Positions 1 to 13,350 of a stretch of 64,000 nt of DNA are shown here, piece after piece. Within the stretch, counting starts at the first letter, position 1, and the number at the start of each line of letters is the position of its first letter. Source of the stretch: the human T2T-CHM13v2.0 reference genome, Homo sapiens. The stretch lies in assembly GCF_009914755.1 (NCBI RefSeq), contig NC_060939.1; one strand, written 5' to 3'. The position numbers were made by a program, and so were the translations under genes. The notes under the pieces are model-generated. The model did not search any database. It worked only from the letters and a program-made list of their open reading frames with translations, and had not been told where the DNA came from.

Positions 1-216
1 CAAAAGTAAGCTATTTGCCTAAGGTTACACAACAAGTAAGTGGCAGAGCAAAAATTCAAACTTCAAAGACTCTGTGTTTTCTATTTAACTATTCTGTTTC
101 CCAAAGAGTCACTGAAACTCATGAAGATTAAGTAATTTAGCTAAGATTGCACAGGAAATAACAGAACTAGATTTTAAAATAAGTTCTGGCCCTAAAGCCA
201 CTGTTTTATCCAGTAC
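1..216 (-). mobile_element. Two MIR SINE fragments
   Basis: Degenerate copies of the MIR core in reverse (ttgcctaaggttacacaacaagtaagtggcagagc; actgaaactcatgaagattaagtaatttagctaagattgcacag). Confidence 0.65.
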
Positions 217-879
217 AGGTGATGATTGACAGCAACAGGTGTATTGCCGGCAGGTGTATCCCTGGGGCCCCCACAATTGGAAGAATATGAGCTCTCTGAG
301 TGAGGATGCCAAGATACTCATGGCCTTTGAGGCTCTCTGGATGTCCCATGAACATGACGGTGCTCTTTGAATGGTAGATAGTTCTCAATTTAAAAAAAAA
401 GAAAAGAAAAGAAATGCCCTGCCATTAGATGACTTGACCTAGAAGTTACTCCCTAAAAATTATCCACAGGTCATCCCATCTACCTGGGGCATGGTGTTAT
501 GGATGTTCCTTGAACACGTAGAGCTGCCTGAGTGTTTGCCCAAAGAGAACATTGGCATCACTCACCTTTGAAATACAAAAGAGAAGCCGTTTGCTTTACT
601 TAAATCCTGAATCTTTGATCATCCACATCAGGTGTCTTTGATGTTGGCTGCAATCTGTAATTGCTACAAATTAACACAAAGGTAGGAAACAGGTTAAAGA
701 GGCACGGAGAAATGAAATAAAAGTCTTACATCTGAACACAGGCACCTTTTTTTCTACCCCCTTTCTCCTCCAAAATGAGGCTTGTTCACTGTCTCTTCCT
801 TCTGCTAGAAGTTTCTTGAACCTATGACTTATCTGCCACATACATTTAATCATTTTAGGGTCCATTTAGACTCTTAAAA

Positions 880-930
880 GGAGTCTCGAGTATAGTAGGC
901 CTTCAATAAGTATTTGTTGAATAGATGAGT
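880..930 (+). mobile_element. L2 LINE 3' end fragment
   Basis: tatagtaggccttcaataagtatttgttgaatagatgag resembles the L2 terminus (catagtaggtgctcaataaatatttgttgaatgaatg). Confidence 0.6.
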
Positions 931-1559
931 TAGAGACCTAATTATTAAGTTGATAACCATTGGTTAAATTTCAGGTGCCAAGTCAGTTACAGACTTCCCA
1001 TCCTGACTGCTCACCATGTGGACCAGGGTAACTTCAGCCGGAGAGCAGCATAGGGTGTCCTGATGTCTGGCATGCTGCCTGGTGGGCAATCCTCCATCCA
1101 TTACCCTGTTGGTTCTTCCATTTGGCCATCGGTCCCCAGTCTAGGGAGTGCCAGAGGCCAAGGCAACCAGGAGCAGCTGGGGCACCTCCCAGGCCAGCCT
1201 GTCCCCTTCCTGCCCACACCAACCAGGCAGCCTCTTCCTCCTGCCCACTGCTTGCACCAGCTTCTCTACCCAGAGAGATGACTGCGTGGGCCCTTGGATT
1301 CCACAAGCAACTCAACTCAGGACATTTGATAACCTTAGCCACAGAAGTGAAAAGAGAAAGCAAGGAGAGAGGTGGCGAAGGAGAAAGAGAAAGAGGAAAT
1401 GAAAAACAGACATCAGTTTATAAAGAAAAAGAGTTTCTGAAGAAGAAAAATCAAGGACAAAGTGAGAAACTCTTCCTTCTTACAATGGATACAATGGATT
1501 TTTCCCAAACATGTTAAATTCTTCTCCAGAAACTTGACTGAACTGTGACAAAGAGGTTT

Positions 1560-1740
1560 TCATGAACTTTGGAGGCAGACAGACCTGGTTTGGACTCCTG
1601 GTTCCAGCCTCTGCTTGCCCTGTGGCCTTCACAGCCTCTCTGAAGCCATTTCTTCCCGCCTGTAAAAGAGGAAAATAACCTGTAGAGCAGCTGTGAGAAT
1701 TCAGTGAGAGATTGGGGCTGAAGAGTCACTCAATGAAATA
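1560..1740 (+). mobile_element. MIR SINE
   Basis: ctttggaggcagacagacctggtttggactcctggttcc...ctgtaaaagaggaaaataa...gtgagaattcagtgag follows MIR order. Confidence 0.7.
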
Positions 1741-2861
1741 TTTTTTCCTCTCCTTGCTCTCCCACTAGCCCTTTCCCCTTCCTTTGGTTGGACTTGGTTG
1801 TTTCCATTGTGGATTTGTCTGTTTCCGCTACCTCTCGGAAGCACCTGACCCTGGACTGCAAGCTCAGGAAAGAAATCTACTGATGAGGCCCCCGGTGATT
1901 ATAAGTGATCACAGCCTGAGCGAGCAGTCAGCTGAAGATGTTCCGGGCATACATCTGCCTTCAGTGCTGCAGCTCATCCCAGGAGTCTCGTGAGAGATAA
2001 ATCAGAGGGAGGGCAGAGGGGTGGGGGGCCAGGGTCGGGCAAGCAACAGAGGTATGTGCAGCTTCAGAATACACAGCTCGTAAAGGAGGAAGACGGTGGG
2101 AATCCCTGCATCTTGCATGTGCTCATGACAAACGTCAAGGAGGAGGAAAGGGGAAGAATGAGATGGCACAGGCACACACATGTGTGTGAATGCAAGCCTC
2201 CAGGACACACTGGCCGAGGGTGTGGGCCCAAGGGATTTTCCCTGCAGTCCAAAGACTGGGCTCCATCCCACTTCCACTATCCTGAGGCTCTTTTCCCTCA
2301 GTGGACTTGGTCTCCTCATCTGTAAAGGAGGAAGTCAGAAAAAGGGGCTCTCGTGCCTCTTTGCGCTCTGAGAGTCTACCACATAGAGACCCCTTCTGTC
2401 CAGGACCCCAGATCATGGTGCCGAGGTGACCTTGATAATGTGCTGGGTCTGACCCAGGAAAGCTGGAAGGGTAGGGGTCCAGAGTGCCCATAACACAAAG
2501 CATCAGTGAGCGATGGGCAAGACTGACCCAGTGCTGACAGCAGCAGATGTGAGGCTGCTGAAAACTTCGGTGCTTACACATCTGGTGCCAAATATCCTGA
2601 ACTCCTTGCTTCCTTGTGCCAGAACCCATATTTTACTGAGAAGCCGAAGCATTCAAGGAAGTCAACCTCAGGCCTTCTGTGCCCATGCCTCAGAGATGGG
2701 AAAAGGCCCTGGATTAGACTCCAGAGCCCAGCAGGGAAAGCCAGCATCCTAGCAAGAGCAGAACAATAAAGTTAATCATAGCCACCTCCAGTCATTTGTG
2801 GGGAGCACAGGAGAGAGGCTTGCATTTCATTCTCCCCACAGCCCCGTGAGGGAGGTGCTAT

Positions 2862-3423
2862 TGAGAGGTGAAGCCAGCTGGACTTCTGGGTCAGGTGCGG
2901 ACTTGGAGAACTTTTCTGTCTTACAATCCTCTTACAAGAGGATTGTAAAATGCACCAATCAGCACTCTGTAGCTAGGATTATAAAACGCACCAGTCAGTG
3001 CTCTGTGGCTTGCTAGAGGTTTGTAAAATGTGCCAATCAGCACTCTGTAAAAACACACCAATCAGCTCTCTGTGGCTAGCTAGAGGTTTGTAAAATGGGC
3101 CAATCAGCACACTGTAAAATGGACCAATCAGTGCTCTGTAAAATGGACCAATCAGCACTCTGTAAAATGGACAGATCAGCAGGACATGGGCGGGGATAAA
3201 TAAGGGAATAAAAGGTGCCCCCCCACCCCCACCCAGACTCCTGCCGCCAGCCAGCCCCTGTGGAAGCTTCGTTCTTTTGTTCTCCACAATAAATTTTGCT
3301 GCTGCTCACTGTTTGGGTCCGCACCACCTCTAAGAGCTGTAACACTCCCCACAAAAGTCTGCAGCTTCATTCCTGAAGTCAGCAAGATCACGAACCCGCT
3401 GGAAGGAACCAACTCCGGACACA
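2862..3423 (+). mobile_element. LTR12-family (ERV9/HERV9) solo LTR inserted in a MIR
   Basis: Starts TGAGAGGTGAAGCCAGCTGGACTT, tandem caccaatcagcactctgtaaaa units, ends GGAAGGAACCAACTCCGGACACA; perfect 4-bp TSD CTAT (2858-2861, 3424-3427); MIR sequence continues on both sides. Confidence 0.93.
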
Positions 3424-4670
3424 CTATTACTATCCTTACTGTGCAGATGAAGAAACTGAGGCCCCTGCAGATGAAGAACCTCCGAGGCCCCAGATGAGGG
3501 CTGTGTGTGTGTTGTGGGGGCAGCAGTGATAGGCGTGGATTCCAGGAGAGGAAGTTAAGTGTCACCTTTTGCTTCTCCTGGTGCGAAGTGGGCTTCTGCC
3601 TCTCACCAAGATGCTCCAAGTGCATGAATCCTCCCAGGTAAAAAGAATGTCTGGATGCAGGGTTGCCAAACCAGGGCAAGACCCACATCAGGGCCCAGCC
3701 ATTTGTTTGTCCCAGTTTGTCATGGCCACAGAGCTCACAAAGGGCTTGCTCAGATGGTCACGTCTTCAAGGTAGTCAGGGCAGGTGGCCACTACTTGGAG
3801 GTAGTCAGATAGGATTTCTGGCTCTGGATGGGGAAACTGAGGCTCAGGGGGTGGGGTGGCTTGCCCACAGTCACCTGGCTGGCAGGCTGGCTGGCGTGAA
3901 GCAGGGATGAGGACCCCTGGGTCCCAGCGCCAAGAGCAGCACCGTGGCCTCTGTTCTGCACCATGCCTCTCTTACAGCAGGTGCTGCCACACCACCTTTA
4001 ATCGTGCGTCCCCCAGAACTCCCTGACACCGCCACAGAATGCCCCCTGGGCAACCTAACAACTCCCAGTCTTGGCAGACAGACAAACCAAAATGCAGCAA
4101 AGGTCAGAAAAAACTTTCTGCTCCCCTGTCTCTCTCTTCTCACAAGCTCAGCCTCCTTCCCTGACACCCTCTTTTTCACCGTCCCTAAATGTTGGGAAAT
4201 GACATTGAGGTCATAAAGGGAAGTCACCTGCCACGTGACTTCACCCACTGAGATCTGTGGCTCATGCAGGCATTCTGTGCCAGACCGCCCAGAGATCAAA
4301 TGTCCACTCCTCAGGAGCTGGGTGACCTTGGTGTGCCATTTAAGCCTCAGCCTCCGTTATGTTGAATGTGAAGCAGTAGAGTAAGTGTCCTCCTCACAGT
4401 GCTGTGGTGAGACTTCCGTGAGGTGAGGATGCCTCTTTAAGTATCACCTTGATATGGATGATAATTATTGAAGCCAGCTCATCAGATAAATCTCACTTGG
4501 TTTACAAACACGAACACCTTTGCTTTTTTTAAAATTCTCAACACTGATCTCCTCTCTGCCCATGATATAATATATATAGATACAATTATTTTCTTTGGTT
4601 ACTTTTAGATATTAACAGTTTTTGTGTGTAGTAAAAATCTGGAAAAGTCAGGTAGAAAATGTTCAGTCTA

Positions 4671-4998
<328 letters not shown>

Positions 4999-5190
4999 GT
5001 TCAGTCTCTTATTTGAGCTGAAGCTCCTCCCTTCCCTATTCCTGGAAACTGCACTGGAGAAGGAAGATGTGGTGGCTTTCCTCATTCTCCTTGTATCACC
5101 TTCTGCCCTGTTCACTCCTGCTGCACCTGGTTTGTCTAGGAATGGGACAGAGGATGGGAGAGAAGGAAAATAAGGGTCAAAGAAGTTATC

Positions 5191-5481
<291 letters not shown>

Positions 5482-6440
5482 TTATCATGAGTGGTATGGT
5501 TGCAGTCTGCCACTGGTGCCCTCTGTAGGGGTTTTGGACGCCCTGCCCTCTGGCTTTGGGGACCTCTCCGCATGATGTCCTTGTGCAGGGAAGTACTTTC
5601 AGGCAACTGCCTCACCCCTCCTTCCAGAGCTCACATCCAGTGGCACAATGCATGCAACTTCATTTTGTTGGGGTCCTTCTTGCATGGGCCCCTTTCCAAA
5701 TGGCTTCAATCCCACCACCCTCTTAAGGCACGGAAAAATTCAACTGGAATCTGGAAGGTCCCCTCCCCCCGCCCTCCCTATTCTTACCAGACAGGCAGCT
5801 CTATTTACTTCCAGCCTTTAGATGCTTTTAGGCAAGGGTCGGTCCCTGCCCCTATGCCACGCAAATTCTGGAGGACACAGTGATCTCTCAGCACAGCTCT
5901 GTCACCTCATTCTATCCCGTGTCCTGGAGTCCACAGGTTCCTTTCCCTCAGCTGGAAGAGAGTGGTGAGCACCCCCTCCCCTCTCCTGATTAACATCCTG
6001 TTGCATTACTAATAGGCACATTGTCTAAGAAGCCATTTTATTAGCCCATCTTTCAACGGAGTCGGGCTGAGCTTACAGTCTCATGAACTCAGGAAGAACA
6101 TTAGGAAGCTGCAAGCCTCTCAGAAACGTGTCCTCATAACTGCTCTGACATGTCCAGGAGCGTCTCTCCAGCCAGGATCCGTGGAATGAGTACAGCAGGC
6201 TGGGGGAGATAGATGAAGCTGGTCTCCTCCTCCTGACAGGTTGTGCTCCGTGTCTACAAGCAGAGACGGTCCTGGGCTCTGGCATGTGAGGATAGAGAGC
6301 CCAATGTCAGCAGCAAGACATGCTGGAAACTCTGTGAGGCTTCATCTGCCACAGCACACCTGGTGGTCCTCACAGAGGGACGAGGCCTATGCTTTCCTCC
6401 TGTGAAGCAAAGGAGAGAATGGGGACTAAAATGGCAAAAT

Positions 6441-6461
6441 GATGATGATGATGATGATGAT
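6441..6461 (+). repeat. (GAT)n microsatellite
   Basis: gatgatgatgatgatgatgat at the end of a minus-strand MIR. Confidence 0.9.
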
Positions 6462-6551
6462 TGCAGCCACAGTTTGCTATACTCTTACCTTACATCAGCA
6501 GGGGTTACGTGTACTGCCTTATTTAATCTTTGCAGCAACACCCTGAAGTGG

Positions 6552-7066
6552 TGTGGCAGACAGAATAATGGCCCCCAAAGATGTTCACATCCTAATCTCC
6601 AGAACCTGTGAATATGTTATATTACATGGGATGGGGGAATGGTGGATGCAGGGAGGCGGTGGTTAAGGCTGCAGAGGGAATTAAGTTTGCTAATTAGCTG
6701 ACTTTAAAATAGAAAAATTATCCTGGATTATCTGGATGGGTCCAATGTAATCATAAGGATCACTAAAAAGGAAAGAGAGAGAAGAATATCAGCATGAAGC
6801 AATGTGAGAAAAACCAGACCAGCCATTGCTCACCTTGAAGATGGAGGAGGCCATAAGGCAGGACACAAGGAAAGATGGAGAAGCCAAGGAAACGGCTTCT
6901 CTTCTGGAGTCTTCATAAAGGAAATCAGCCCTGCCAACACCTCGATTTTAGCCTGGTGAGACCCGTTGAGGACTTCTGACCTCTAGAACTGTAAGATAAT
7001 TTGTTTTGTTTTGTTAGCCACTACATTTGTGATAATTTGTTGCAACAGCAATAGGAAACTGATACA
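6552..7066 (+). mobile_element. MaLR solo LTR (MLT1D/E-like)
   Basis: TGTGGCAGACAGAATAATGGCCCCCAAAGATG...GCAATAGGAAACTGATACA; degenerate 5-bp TSD agtgg/aatgg; splits a MIR. Confidence 0.9.
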
Positions 7067-7400
7067 AATGGGCACTGTTTTATCCAGTTTCAGATGAGAA
7101 AGCTGAGGCTCAGAGAGATTAAGTAACTTCCCTAAGGTCACACAGCTAGGAAGGGCAGTGCAAGAATGGGACCTAAGGCTGTCTGACTCCAAATCCGGGG
7201 CTTTCAGCACTAGACTGTACTACACTTTGATGAGGGCTGCAGTGTGCCCCCGCTGCACACCTGTCATCTCACTGAGTCCTCACAGCAAGCCCACAAAATC
7301 AATATCATGAACCGCTTTGCAGATGTCGAAGCTGGAGCCTCAGAGAAGTGAAGAGACTCAGTGACCTCTCACAGCCAGAACATGGGAAGAAGGGAAGCCC
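7067..7400 (-). mobile_element. MIR (continuation of the element split by MLT1) plus a second MIR
   Basis: cagatgagaaagctgaggctcagagagattaagtaacttccctaaggtcacacagctagg...gtctgactccaaa. Confidence 0.8.
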
Positions 7401-7403
7401 CTG

Positions 7404-7780
7404 TGATTTGGTTTGAATTTGTGTCGCCTCCCAAATCTCATGTTGAATTGTAATCCCAGTATTGAGGGAGGGGCCTGGTGGGAGATGATTGGATCAAGGG
7501 GGCTGACTTCACACTTGCTGTCCTCGTGATAGTGAGTTCTCATGAGATCCGGTTGTTTAAAAGTGTGTGGTACCTTCCGCCTCTCACTTCCTCCTGCTCC
7601 AGCCATGTAAAATGTGCCTCCTTCCTCTTTGCCTTTTGAAACGATTGTAAGTTTCCTGAGGCCTCCCTAACCACACGTCCTGTACAACCTACAGAACCGT
7701 GAGCCAATTAAACCCCTTTTCTTTATAAATTACGCAGTCTTAGGTAGTTCCTTATAGCAATGCAAGAACAAACTAATCCA
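7404..7780 (+). mobile_element. MaLR solo LTR (MSTA-like)
   Basis: TGATTTGGTTTG...cccaaatctcatgttgaattgtaatccc...gccaattaaacc...actaatcca; perfect 5-bp TSD CCCTG. Confidence 0.92.
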
Positions 7781-7844
7781 CCCTGCCTGTTGGGTTTGGG
7801 GGTACCCGTATCAGCCCCCCTCTGGCATTCTCCTCAAGCCAAGC

Positions 7845-7945
7845 CACTTGTTTCATCTGGGCAACATATACTAAATGGCCTACTATGTGCTGGCACCATG
7901 AGGGGTCCGAGACCACAGGCCCCGGGTTCTCCACAATCTAGGCTT
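7845..7945 (-). mobile_element. L2 3' fragment
   Basis: gcaacatatactaaatggcctactatgtgctggcacc. Confidence 0.6.
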
Positions 7946-8882
7946 TCCTACATTGCAAAGGAAATGTCTGCAGCCTTTTTCCATTCTCAGCCTCTGCATC
8001 TTGGCCCTAGTATCTGAATCACGGTATCCCACAACAGGTCATGGAGCAGGGCCTCTTATCCTTCTAGTTCAGTTTACATTAGCCCAAAATTCTGGCCCAG
8101 AAGGTAAGCTTCTCAGCTGCTGCCATGAGCCTGGTGGTCTCCGGACAGTGGGATCTGATTTTGTTGCATCTGTGTGTTTTTAGGTTCCCTCCCCACACCC
8201 TCATATGCAACTCCTTAAGACTTTCCAAGGAAAAAGGATCTGTGCTATTAGCCTCCATGCCCTTCACTGATGGAAAATCTGTCCCTGCGCTCTACCCCAA
8301 GGATAAGAGATGCCGGCAGCAGAGGCAGCAGTGCCAGAGAATAATGTCCCTGTAGTGGCTGGACATGAGATCACTACGACAGATGTAAGGTGGTCCTGGG
8401 TGGTTTTGGCTTTCCCAGTTGATGCACCCTGTGCAGGCTGTTTGTATTTGTACTCCTGAAAAGTGATAAGGAGGGTCATTCGTTGGCGGGAAGCCCACCT
8501 GGCAGATGCCTAACGGGTGGACACTCCTCCTGTTCATCATGGATCTTCAGACCCTCAAAGCTCCAGTGTCTGTGATCAACTGGAAAGAGGCTGTTACAAT
8601 GACCAGGCCCTCTTGGTCTTCATATCTGGAAAATCTGACCCGGGAAAAGGATTGTTGACTTCCACTCAAAGATGTGGAATCTCCGGACCAAGGAGAGGTC
8701 AGAGAGAGGAACCTTACTTGTTCATGAAAAGAAATCCATTGTCATTTATCTGTCTACTGCTTGACGTGCCCCAAAGACCTAGTTTTTCCAGATAAGATAA
8801 TGTGGTGGCCAGGACTCAGCATTCCATGCCTCTCCTTTTACCTACTTAATCTTAACATTTTGGTTCTAGATTTGGGTCCTAA

Positions 8883-9233
<351 letters not shown>

Positions 9234-10135
9234 GGTGCCCATCTTATATAACAGGAAAACTTAAAGAAATGCTGAAATAGGAGACACTAGAAATGGACCA
9301 ACATTAGGAACAGCCTGGAGGGAGAATGAGAGGAGAGGGCAAGGTTGACAATCTCTTGCAGATGATGGACAGGTCAAAAAAGTGAAGATGGGAAAAGATT
9401 TTGACATCCACCCATCCATCCATCCACAGAAGTTTAACAAGATCCTCCACGGTCAATTCAAACAAACTTATGAAGGGTAAGGCGCCCTCCTTGGTGAAAT
9501 ACAAGTGCTCCTGCCATTTGAAGAGAAGAGCCTAATTACAAGCTTATTCTGGGGTGCACAGGAGAAAGTGCTATGATTTGCCTTCATTTTTACCTGAAAG
9601 CTTAAATAACATCAGTCTAATCCATAGTTTGGTAAACAGGTAAAATAGGCGCAAGTCTGAAAAGAATAAGAGTCCACCACTGAGGCAGTTCTCATGGTCT
9701 GGCCAGGGTCAGGGGATGATCTTCCTTCCAGCAAGGGGTTTGCTGTGCAGGCTGCTGGAGGTGAAGGCAAGAAGGAAATGGTTAGAGCTCATAGAAGAAG
9801 GCAGCATCTAAGGATTGAGGGATCCAAAAGAAGAAAGAAAAGAATTTGCTGAATGAGCAAAGGTCTTTGGAAGAAAAACAATAATAAAAGAGGACAAGCA
9901 AGAGAAAGGAAGAGTGATAAGGAATTTATTCAGTGGGGTGAAGCATCCACCCAAGAACCAAGTCACTAAAAAAGCCAGAGAAGCTTCCCAAATGGAGAGA
10001 ACGCTGATGTAGGGAGAGCAGACCACATGCTTCAGCCTAAAGGAGTAGGTACTTGTCAAGGCCGTGGTTGCAGTAGCCCCTTTGGGAGTGGGTAAGCAGC
10101 CCAGCTCCTAAGGCAGTGGGATAAGGGAAATTACC

Positions 10136-10544
<409 letters not shown>

Positions 10545-11025
10545 TGATGGACTGGATTGGAAGGAGACAACAAAGAGAGAGGTAAGCTCCTTAGCTAATA
10601 AATGCATGGAAATGGAAATGTAGAGAAGAGGAAAAGGCAGGAAGGAGAGAGGAAGCCTAGAAACATCACCGGGGGCTTCAGTTGTTAGAAATGACTGAGG
10701 GACAGGAAAGGGGAATATTACATTTTAAATTATCGGTTTGCAGTTCTGTGACATTCCTCCCCTCAATGTGCCCTCAAATCACAAGGAAAAATCTATGATG
10801 TACCTCATGTGAGCTGCATCTGGGAGGCATGAAAGTGCAAAATGGTGGGTCAAGAAGAGCCTATGTTCCTTATCTGGGTTGTAACCAAGGTGCTATTAAA
10901 GGCCCAGGGTACTAAATAGATAAGAATTATCAGGTCCCACAAAAATCAAGGTGCTGAGCTAGACTGGCCTCAGCCTTACCCCAGGACAAGCCAGGATTTG
11001 TGACTATTTCACCCAGGCCTTAAGA

Positions 11026-11210
11026 CAGTGCATCTCAAACTCTCATGACCCAGGAAATTATCTGGAATTCTTTTGAAAACCCAAATAGGAACCCACTCCC
11101 TGGGCATCTGATTCAGAAGGTCTAGGTGGAGCCCATGAACTCTCATTTCTAACAAGTTCCCAGAGGATGCAGTTGCTGCTGGTCTGGGGACTACTCTGTG
11201 AATGGCCATG
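11026..11210. mobile_element. MER5A (hAT-Charlie DNA transposon)
   Basis: cagtgcatctcaaact...ctgattcagaaggtctaggtggagccc...catttctaacaagttcccagaggatg. Confidence 0.85.
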
Positions 11211-11479
11211 CTTAAGAGACAGAATGACCCAGACTCTCCCAGTAAGCTCAGGATCCTTCTTTCCTGTATCTACCTCTCTTGCCACGTAGCCCACTGCCCT
11301 GTGAAGGTTCAGTACCTAGACTTTCTCATCGTGATTGATGGCTGCCCTACCCAGGAAAGGAAGGAGGGCCTGATGAGGGATGGTCATTGGGTCCACCCCT
11401 CAGTTCCATGGAAAGCAGCCACACTAGATCTTGAACAGATAAAAATGAGAAGTCACCAGCACTTTCCCCACCACTCAGC

Positions 11480-11580
11480 ATCCTATTTGCCAATTGATTT
11501 CTCCATCCTTTTGACCTAAGCTGTGAGCTCCATGAGGGCAAGGTCTGGCACATAATAGGCGCTTAATAAATGCTTGGCAG
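11480..11580 (+). mobile_element. L2 3' end
   Basis: ctgtgagctccatgagggcaagg...tggcacataataggcgcttaataaatgcttg. Confidence 0.75.
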
Positions 11581-12414
11581 GTGGGGTGGGGTGAGTGAAT
11601 TACCCCCTCAAACTCCTGAACAGGTCAAACATTCCACCTGGGCCAAGGTGGGCAGGAAGATTGGGAGCTGGGGATGGAAGCAACAGGGCGGCCCCACGAT
11701 CAAGGTCGTCCGCCCTTTAGACTTCAGATCCCCTGGTCTCCGGCTGCCTCCCTCCCACTGCAGAGCCTCCAGAGTCTCTGGGCTCCTCTCTCCAACTCTA
11801 GGCCTAAGAATGTGATTGTGTTGGCAAAGGTGGAAGGTGCCATCTCGTGGGAGAGAAAGAGGAGGAGTAAGATGGGGCCCTGACCCGCACAGGGAGATGA
11901 AAGGAAAGAAACAGCATCTCCCCAAGGAGACGGAGGCTGTCTTGGAGCAGATGAAGCAGAGTTTGTGAGGGAGGCTGCCCCCTAGCCCTTCACCATTCTC
12001 CCATTCTGCCTCCTCCCCCACTATCCACCTCCTACTCAGAACCAGTGACTAATTGCATCGCATTTCTCTTTGACTTGCGTCACCCAGCAGAGAGCGTGTG
12101 GTTGTTTTTACAGCTTATTCTTTCAGGGATTCTAAGTGACATTTTTTAAGTGCTCTTCCCCTGCCTTGGAGCAGCACACCCTTCTCTCCTCTCTCCCCCT
12201 CACTCTCTTTTCTCTCCCCCTCACTCATTTCCCTCTTCCAGCGGCTGCTGGCAAAAAGAACAGCTCAGGGGGCAGAGGGCAGGCCTCCCAAAAGCAGCTG
12301 AGAGATTTTCCTGCTCCCTGGCCCTTGGGAGACCTGATGGGGGAGAACCCCACAGGAGATACCCGTTCACCCTGCAAGAGAGGGCCCACGCTGAAAGCCA
12401 TACTGGAAAGCTGT

Positions 12415-12590
12415 TCTTTCTTCCTTCCTTCTTTCCCTCCTTCCTCTAACCTTTCTTCATTTCTTCTTTCCCCCCTTCCTCCCTTTCTACAATCCTTCTT
12501 CCCCTCCTTCCTTCCTCCCTTCCTTCTGTTCCTCTTTATATCTCCTCCTTCTCTCCATCCCTCCTTCCTTCTCTTCCTCATTCCTTTTTA
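12415..12590 (+). repeat. CT-rich low-complexity / degenerate (TTCC)n
   Basis: About 175 bp of almost pure pyrimidines. Confidence 0.85.
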
Positions 12591-12945
12591 TGATCATAGC
12601 ACTGAGTACCTGCTAAGTGCCAGCCCCAAGTATGGAGTCACAGGCAAAACAAACCCAATTTCTCCTCTCCAAGTGATGAATGGAGTAGGAGGTGCATTGT
12701 TATCAATGAGTAAACTGTTACAATGCAATGAGTATATCCTATACTCTGGAAGGTTATAGGGGTCTCACATTGCATAAAGCAGGCACCAAACCTAACCTGG
12801 GGGAGAAAAGATGACCGGGGGGACTTCTTGGAGGTGATGTTATGAAATGAGGATGGAATTTTGTAGAAAAAGGGGTAGAGAATAGAGAGAAATAAAGCAA
12901 CAAGTGCATCATCATGGTTCAAATACAGTAGGAAAAGCGTGAAGT
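12590..12945 (-). mobile_element. L2 fragment
   Basis: actgagtacctgctaagtgccagcc...ggggacttcttggaggtgatg. Confidence 0.6.
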
Positions 12946-12954
12946 GAGACCTCC

Positions 12955-13350
12955 GACAGCTCACTGTGAGCTGTGCCATCAGGCAAATCGCTCCCATCCA
13001 TGGTTCTCAGGTTTCCTCCTTGGTAAAATGATGGATTTGGACCAGTTCACCTCTAAAATCCCCTCCAGCTTTAAAACTGATAGTCAGATCTTTCATCATC
13101 AAAGAAAGGTAAGCATCACACTATGAAGGACAGCTGTTAGTGAAAGGGTCAGTGGGCTTGAAATCTGAGGACGTACGTTTAAATCCAGGCCACTTGCTGC
13201 TTGTGTGACTTGGGCAAGTAGCCTCAATCTCCTTATCTGTAAAATGGGGATAAGAATGTTGCCTGTCATGCTGGATTATTCGTAGAATGGTATGAGATAA
13301 TGCATTTGCAAGAGTATATTGCACACAGAGTGACTAAGTTCTGAGCTACT
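12955..13350 (+). mobile_element. Two tandem MIR-family elements (MIR3/MIRc-like then MIR)
   Basis: ctcaggtttcctccttggtaaaatg...cacctctaaaatcccctccagct; tgtgtgacttgggcaagtagcctcaatctccttatctgtaaaatgggg. Confidence 0.75.

Noticed and set aside
2940-3185. Array of roughly 24-40 bp repeats resembling a CRISPR or novel repeat locus
   Set aside because: These are the normal tandem CCAAT units of LTR12, with no unique spacers, in eukaryotic DNA
6243-6611. ORF with a poly-Asp run
   Set aside because: The run is a (GAT)n microsatellite and the ORF ends inside MLT1
12136-12759. Longest ORF (207 aa)
   Set aside because: Stays open through a CT-rich low-complexity tract and L2; F/L/P/S-biased, non-ATG start, no domain
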